Assembly: GCA_049320885.1 (NCBI GenBank) | Contig: JBMORA010000042.1 | Span: 1-64,000, forward strand | From: Thermodesulfobacteriota bacterium | GTDB taxonomy: Bacteria > Desulfobacterota > Desulfobacteria > Desulfobacterales > SURF-7 | Length of the DNA stretch: 64,000 nucleotides | Reading direction: 5' to 3' | Program-made: the position numbers and the translations under genes | Shown: positions 58,677-64,000 of the stretch, in pieces | How positions within the stretch are numbered: the stretch's first letter is position 1 | Layout: every line of letters begins with the position of its first letter | The notes under the pieces: model-generated | The model's input: only the letters and a program-made list of their open reading frames with translations | Told to the model about the DNA's origin: nothing | Databases searched by the model: none

Positions 58677-60659
58677 GTGAACGAAACGATGAACCCGGGC
58701 CTGGGAACAGAATCCATATCCATAGAACCATTCCTTGACAAGGATTTTATCCTCGCGATCCTTCACAACCCCCATGAAGGAATTGCCGTCATAAGGCCGG
58801 ACGGCGGAGTGAAATACCTGAATCCCGGCATGGAAAAGCTCTGCGGGTATTCCGCCGCTGAAGTCCCGCGGGTGGAACAATTGGCGACTCTCGTTTTTCC
58901 GGACCCTGTTGACAGAGAAGCCGTCCTTGACGATCTGCTCCGAAGCATTGAGACGGCCCTGCCGGTGGAACGGGAATGCCGCTTCACCCACCGGGACCGG
59001 TCCGTCAGGTGGTCCCGCCTGCGGCTGGCCGTGACACCGAACGGCGATTTTATCCTTTCGGCCCATGACATCACCCAGCGGGTACAGGCGGAAACCACAC
59101 TTCATGAAAGCGAGGAAAAATATCAGCGACTTTCCGCGATGGCGCCGGTGGGTATTTATGAAATCGATTTCATCCGAAAAAAATTCATCAGTGTCAACGA
59201 TGTCATGTGCACCCATTCCGGATATACGCGGGAGGAATTCCTTTCCTTGAACCCGGCCGAACTTTTGAGTGAAGACAGCCGGCGACTCTTCTGCGAACGC
59301 TTGAAAAAACTGCTGGCGGGACAAAAAGTCTCTGAAAATGTCGAATTCGAATTCATTAAAAAAGACGGCTCCCTGCTCACCGTGCTGCTGAACAACAACT
59401 TCATTTACAAGCAGGGCGTCCTCACCGGCTCCCGGGTAATCCTCCACGATATAACCGAAAAGAAGAGGGTTCTGAAGGAAAGGCGTGAGCTCCAGAAAAG
59501 ATTGGCGCTTTCCAAGAAGATGGAAACGCTTGGGCTGCTGGCGGGAGGCGTCGCCCACGATTTGAACAATATTTTGTCCGGAATCATCAGTTACCCCGAA
59601 CTCCTGCTGATGGATCTGCCGGAGGACAGTCCGCTCCGCAAACCGCTGGAAACCATCCAGGCCAGTGGCTGGCGGGCAGCGGCGGTGGTGGAGGATCTGC
59701 TTACCATCGCTCGGGGTGCCGCCAGCAGAAAATCGGCGCTGTGCCTGAACCAGATCATCCGGAGTTATTTGGGTTCGCCTGAATACAAAAAACTCAGCGA
59801 GAACCACCCGGATGTCGCGGTGAGCGCGGAATTATCCGAGGACTTGATGCCCATTGCCGGTTCACCGATTCACATTAAAAAAGTGTTGATGAATATCGTT
59901 TCAAACGGCATGGAGGCGATCCCGGATGTCGGCCGAATCGTCATTTCCACGCGAAATCACTGTCTGGAAAATCGTGTGAAAGGCTACCAGGAAATCCCCC
60001 CGGGTTCATATGCGGTGGTATCCATCACCGACAGTGGCTCCGGTATCGCCGCCGAGGACATGGAAAAAATTTTCGAACCTTTCTACACCAAGAAAGTGAT
60101 GGGGAAAAGCGGCACCGGATTGGGGCTGGCAGTGGTCTGGAATACCATGCAGGACCATGAGGGCTATATCGACGTCGGCAGCATGGCAACCGGCACCCGT
60201 TTCGATCTGTATTTCCCTACGACCCAAACCGACGCTCCGGAAACCGCCGGGAAAACACCCATCGAAAAATTGATGGGGCACGGGGAACAACTCCTGATCG
60301 TCGATGATGAAGCGACACAGCTGGAAATCACCTCCAGAATTCTCAGCCGTCTCGGTTACCGGGTGGCGACAGCCGAAAGCGGCGAATCGGCCATTCACTA
60401 TATGGAAAGACAAACCGTGGATTTGGTGCTTCTGGACATGATCATGCAACCGGAAATGGGCGGCCTGGAAATATATCAGCGCATCATCCGCCAGTTTCCC
60501 GGCCAGAAGACCATCATCGTCAGCGGATTCACCGAAACGGAAGAAGTGGCCCGGGCAAAACAATTGGGCGCCAGGGCGTTTCTTAAAAAACCATATGATA
60601 TCGAAACAATCGGGACGGCCGTACAAACGGTCCTGCAATCCGGCAACCAACCGGACTAG
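58677..60659 (+). CDS. Hybrid sensor histidine kinase (2x PAS-HisKA-HATPase-REC)
   Basis: LAGGVAHDLNNIL, DSGSGI, FEPFYTKK, GTGLGL, VDDE, LLDMIM, KPY. Confidence 0.95.
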   Translation: MNETMNPGLGTESISIEPFLDKDFILAILHNPHEGIAVIRPDGGVKYLNPGMEKLCGYSAAEVPRVEQLATLVFPDPVDREAVLDDLLRSIETALPVERECRFTHRDRSVRWSRLRLAVTPNGDFILSAHDITQRVQAETTLHESEEKYQRLSAMAPVGIYEIDFIRKKFISVNDVMCTHSGYTREEFLSLNPAELLSEDSRRLFCERLKKLLAGQKVSENVEFEFIKKDGSLLTVLLNNNFIYKQGVLTGSRVILHDITEKKRVLKERRELQKRLALSKKMETLGLLAGGVAHDLNNILSGIISYPELLLMDLPEDSPLRKPLETIQASGWRAAAVVEDLLTIARGAASRKSALCLNQIIRSYLGSPEYKKLSENHPDVAVSAELSEDLMPIAGSPIHIKKVLMNIVSNGMEAIPDVGRIVISTRNHCLENRVKGYQEIPPGSYAVVSITDSGSGIAAEDMEKIFEPFYTKKVMGKSGTGLGLAVVWNTMQDHEGYIDVGSMATGTRFDLYFPTTQTDAPETAGKTPIEKLMGHGEQLLIVDDEATQLEITSRILSRLGYRVATAESGESAIHYMERQTVDLVLLDMIMQPEMGGLEIYQRIIRQFPGQKTIIVSGFTETEEVARAKQLGARAFLKKPYDIETIGTAVQTVLQSGNQPD

Positions 60660-60707
60660 ACGCGAAAACGCATTTTCTTACCAACCAAATCGCCGGGGCT
60701 GATGAGG

Positions 60708-61718
60708 TCATTCGGAAAAATTCCACGCTAAGTACTTTTGCTTCAACCGGAGAATTCGACGGACGGCGGCCGCGCTCTTTTCCGCTGCCGCAGCGGATTG
60801 TTCCGCCTGCCGGATCATCTCCCCGTGAGCCGCCGCGATATCCGGGCCCCGATGGCAAATCAGCGCGATATCGACATCCGCCTGGAAAATGCGGCCAATG
60901 GAGGTCTCGATGCCATAATGCTTTCGGATGGCACCCATATCGAGGTCATCAGTTATAATAACGCCGCCATACCCCATTCTGTTTCGTAACAACTCACTAG
61001 CGACAGCCGCGGAAAGACTCGCCGGCCATTCCGCATCGATGGCCGGATAACGGATATGGGAGAGCATGATCCCAGCCACGTCCCTCTGGATCGCTTCCCG
61101 AAATGGTATTAAATCCGTCGTTTCCAGGACTCCCAGGGAAGCGTCCACAAAAGGGGTTTCGATATGGGAATCCAGTGTCGTCCTGCCGATGCCGGGGAAA
61201 TGTTTCGCCACCGCCATGATGCCACCCCGCTGCAGTTCCTCGATGACGACGCCACCCAGGGACGCCACCCAATGCGGATCCTTCCCGAAAATCCGCCCGT
61301 CCATAACGCCCTGAAACCCATCGGGCGAGACATCCAATACCGGCGCCATGTTCATGTTCACACCGATACCGGACAATTCCCCGGCGGTGATTCGACCGAA
61401 ATACTCGGCGTCCGTCACTCCCTGCATGGCGGGATTGCCGGCGAATTGGGTAAACGGCTCTTTCAGACGCGCCACCTGCCCTCCCTCCTGGTCAATGGCG
61501 ATCAAAAGAGGCGGCTGACCGGCGGACCTGGCGCAATCCTGAACGGCAGAGCATAAATTCCGTATCTGGGAAGGAGATTCCAGATTGCGGGAAAACAATA
61601 TCAAGCCGCCGAGGCCCCATTCCCTTATCATGATATCGAGTTCCCGGTTGAACGCCGTGCCGTCAAAACCGATCATCAACCGCTGACCGGCGATTTGTTC
61701 CTTTGAAAACGGATTCAT
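60708..61718 (-). CDS. nagZ: Beta-N-acetylhexosaminidase (GH3)
   Basis: IDQEGGQVAR, APVLD, KHFPGIG...DSH, ITDDLDMGA. Confidence 0.93.
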   Translation of the reverse strand: MNPFSKEQIAGQRLMIGFDGTAFNRELDIMIREWGLGGLILFSRNLESPSQIRNLCSAVQDCARSAGQPPLLIAIDQEGGQVARLKEPFTQFAGNPAMQGVTDAEYFGRITAGELSGIGVNMNMAPVLDVSPDGFQGVMDGRIFGKDPHWVASLGGVVIEELQRGGIMAVAKHFPGIGRTTLDSHIETPFVDASLGVLETTDLIPFREAIQRDVAGIMLSHIRYPAIDAEWPASLSAAVASELLRNRMGYGGVIITDDLDMGAIRKHYGIETSIGRIFQADVDIALICHRGPDIAAAHGEMIRQAEQSAAAAEKSAAAVRRILRLKQKYLAWNFSE

Positions 61719-62764
61719 TTCGTCTTGGCTTTCTTGTTGTCATGCGTGGCCTTCCGATCGTTCCCCTCGATTTGATACTTGTAGACCGCACGCTGGTGAT
61801 CGCTGTAGGTGGTGGAAAATTCGTGGGTTCTGTCACGCTTTGAAACAAAGTAAAAAAACGGTGTATCGGCCGGGAAAAGCGCCGCTTTCAGGGCTTCCTT
61901 TCCAGGATTGGTGATGGGTCCCTCGGGAAGACCGTCGATGGTGTAGGTATTATAGGCGGTAACCGTTTTCAGATGCTCCTTGGTCAGATTGCCGTCGAAT
62001 TCCGGAACACCATAAATCACCGTCGGATCGCTTTCCAGGCGCATGTTTCTCCGCAACCGGTTGTGAAAAACCGAGGAAACAATCGGCCGCTCGCTTTCAG
62101 TGCCGGTCTCTTTTTCAATGATGGACGCCAACGTCACGATTTGATGCAGGGAAAGATTCAGGGTCCGGGCGCGTTCCTGCCATTCCGGAATGAAAACATC
62201 CCAAAAGCGATGGACCATGGTTTCCACGATCTTCCGCGGATTCAAGCCCCTGGGGAAGAAATAGGTGTCCGGGAAAAGGTACCCCTCGCATCCGGAGGCC
62301 TGTATCCGGAGAGATGCGGCCGTAGCCGCGTCGGTCGCGATCCGGATGAACTCTTCCCCGTCACCGATTCCCGCTTCGGCGATCAGCCTGGCCACTTGCC
62401 GTATATCCGATCCCTCCGGCACGGTCAGACGGTGCAGATACACTTTTCCATGGACCAGCCTGTCGATGATCTGAATCGGCGACATGGTGGCGGCGAAATC
62501 ATATTCCCCGGACTGGATTTTTTTATCCAACCCCTTGACCCGCACCATGATCATAAACCATGAGGGATGCCGAATCACCTTGGCTTCGGCAAGCAGGCGG
62601 GTTGTTGCGGCAAGCGTCTGCCCGGGCGGAATCAATAGCATCCGCCGCGTTTCATCTTTCCCGGCCGGCTGTTTTCCATACTGCGAGATCCTGACCACCG
62701 TCAGGGCTCCCGCAGCCACAAGTACAGCTGCCACAACCATCACACCGGTCGCAATCCTGTTCAC
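61715..62764 (-). CDS. mltG: Endolytic transglycosylase MltG (YceG)
   Basis: EGYLFPDTY, LASIIEKET, SVFHNRL, LESDPTVIYG, YNTY..GLPEGPITNPG. Confidence 0.96.
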   Translation of the reverse strand: MNRIATGVMVVAAVLVAAGALTVVRISQYGKQPAGKDETRRMLLIPPGQTLAATTRLLAEAKVIRHPSWFMIMVRVKGLDKKIQSGEYDFAATMSPIQIIDRLVHGKVYLHRLTVPEGSDIRQVARLIAEAGIGDGEEFIRIATDAATAASLRIQASGCEGYLFPDTYFFPRGLNPRKIVETMVHRFWDVFIPEWQERARTLNLSLHQIVTLASIIEKETGTESERPIVSSVFHNRLRRNMRLESDPTVIYGVPEFDGNLTKEHLKTVTAYNTYTIDGLPEGPITNPGKEALKAALFPADTPFFYFVSKRDRTHEFSTTYSDHQRAVYKYQIEGNDRKATHDNKKAKTK

Positions 62765-62931
62765 CCGAATAGTCTCTCTCCTTTTGGTCGATCATCGCCG
62801 AATAAATGCGGTGCCTTACATTCAAGACCATAAACCATATCGCCGATAGCGGCAAGCTCAAAAATCATCGCCGCCTACCCGGCCTTCTGATGGCTATCCA
62901 GCATGCGTTGCCCCATTGCTTCGATTTTTGT

Positions 62932-62960
62932 TTGACACCTTCTTTCCCTTTCCTTATGAT
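62932..62960 (+). promoter_or_regulatory. Sigma70 promoter
   Basis: TTGACA-17 bp-TATGAT, about 95 bp upstream of the next ATG. Confidence 0.7.
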
Positions 62961-63054
62961 CGATTGGTTTACCAGCACACATCCACCCGGTGGATCTGAA
63001 GTCGAACGGCATGCCGGCAATTACCGGCCCTCTATTCATTAAATTGCAGACAAG

Positions 63055-64000
63055 ATGAGCAAGCCGCCTATGGAGAATGAAGCTTTATCCCTGCGAATTC
63101 CAAACAGTCCGGAAGGAACCGCTGATCAGGTGTACAGCCTTCCGGACGTTCAGAAACCGGGCACCTGGAAAGTTCTGATTGTCGACGATGAGGAAGAGGT
63201 TCATCGGCTTACCCGTATGGCCCTGGACGATTTTTCATTCGAGGGAAGAAACCTGACGATACTCAGTGCCTTGTCGGCACAGGATGCGGAGACGATCCTG
63301 CGGAACAATCCGGATATTTCACTGATTCTGCTGGACGTCATCATGGAAACGGATGACGCCGGCTTGAAACTGGTGCGCGATATCCGCGAAAAAATGAAAA
63401 ACAATATTGTCCAGATCGTATTGCGCACCGGGCAACCGGGGTTGACGCCCCAAAAGGAAGCCGTTTCGGAATACGAAATCAACGGCTATACCTCCAAAAT
63501 CGAACTGACCGCGGAAAAAATGTTTTCCACGGTCACCGCATCTCTGCGGGCCTATTGGCTTTCCTATTCCCTCCAACGGCTGAATCTGAAGCTAAGGGAG
63601 GAACTGCTGGAAAGGAAGCGGGCGGAGGAGGCGGTCCGCCGGCTCACCCAATTCCAGGAGGCGGTGATCGATAACGCCAGCATCTGGCTGGACGTTAAAG
63701 ATACAATGGATCGCGTTATCATCTGGAACAAGGCGGCGGAGCAGATCAGCGGTTATTCACGTCAGGAGGTCCTCGGTCAAGACCAGGTTTTTCAGTGGCT
63801 GTACCCGGAACCGGAAAAGCGCGAGTCCGTCCGCAGCCATATCGAAACCTTGCTGCAAAGTGAAAATCCGACAGACGACTATGAAACCACGATTCAACGA
63901 AAAGATGGACAGCCCAGAACCGTTTCCTGGGCCTTCCGGGAAATTAAACATACCAGCGACAGAAGTGTTGTGCGGATATCGTTGGGACGTGATGTCACCG
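63055..64000 (+). CDS. Response regulator REC domain followed by PAS (partial; runs off the window, absent from ORF track)
   Basis: WKVLIVDDEEEVH, LLDVIME, LRTGQPG, then WNKAAEQISGYSRQEVLG. Confidence 0.9.
   Translation, partial: MSKPPMENEALSLRIPNSPEGTADQVYSLPDVQKPGTWKVLIVDDEEEVHRLTRMALDDFSFEGRNLTILSALSAQDAETILRNNPDISLILLDVIMETDDAGLKLVRDIREKMKNNIVQIVLRTGQPGLTPQKEAVSEYEINGYTSKIELTAEKMFSTVTASLRAYWLSYSLQRLNLKLREELLERKRAEEAVRRLTQFQEAVIDNASIWLDVKDTMDRVIIWNKAAEQISGYSRQEVLGQDQVFQWLYPEPEKRESVRSHIETLLQSENPTDDYETTIQRKDGQPRTVSWAFREIKHTSDRSVVRISLGRDVT

Overview
Chromosomal window from a GC-rich anaerobic Gram-negative bacterium. Gene content (fhs, amtB with a sigma54 promoter, YkgJ proteins, CFI-tailed surface protein) suggests Desulfobacterota/Desulfobacterales, which is an inference. 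Bases 1-3854 are the right end of an integrative island: an IS21-family end interrupting an AT-rich putative nuclease gene, a serine resolvase, an orphan ORF, a tyrosine integrase and a duplicated tRNA-Ser 3' end (att). Core genes follow: tRNA-Ser(GGA), dnaX (split at a G11 run)-ybaB-recR-murI, amtB, waaA-lpxK, an ABC exporter pair, fhs, manA, ompA, panB, mutM, nagZ, mltG and signalling genes. They are interspersed with large surface or lipoproteins (HEAT, FN3-LamG, MORN, PKD-RCC1, beta-helix) and two small pseudogenes. The best candidate for an uncharacterised system is a cobalamin-riboswitch operon encoding a Zn-dependent dehydrogenase, a TrpD paralogue with an altered acceptor site, and CobT, suggesting an unknown cobamide lower-ligand synthesis or activation route. 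Other leads: the dnaX slippage site, a self-closing RNA between tRNA sequences, an orphan CI/LexA-like repressor with two unlisted small ORFs, a MORN-RHH fusion, and a TPR-barrel/FecR/surface-protein cluster. All calls come from reading motifs by eye; no searches were run.
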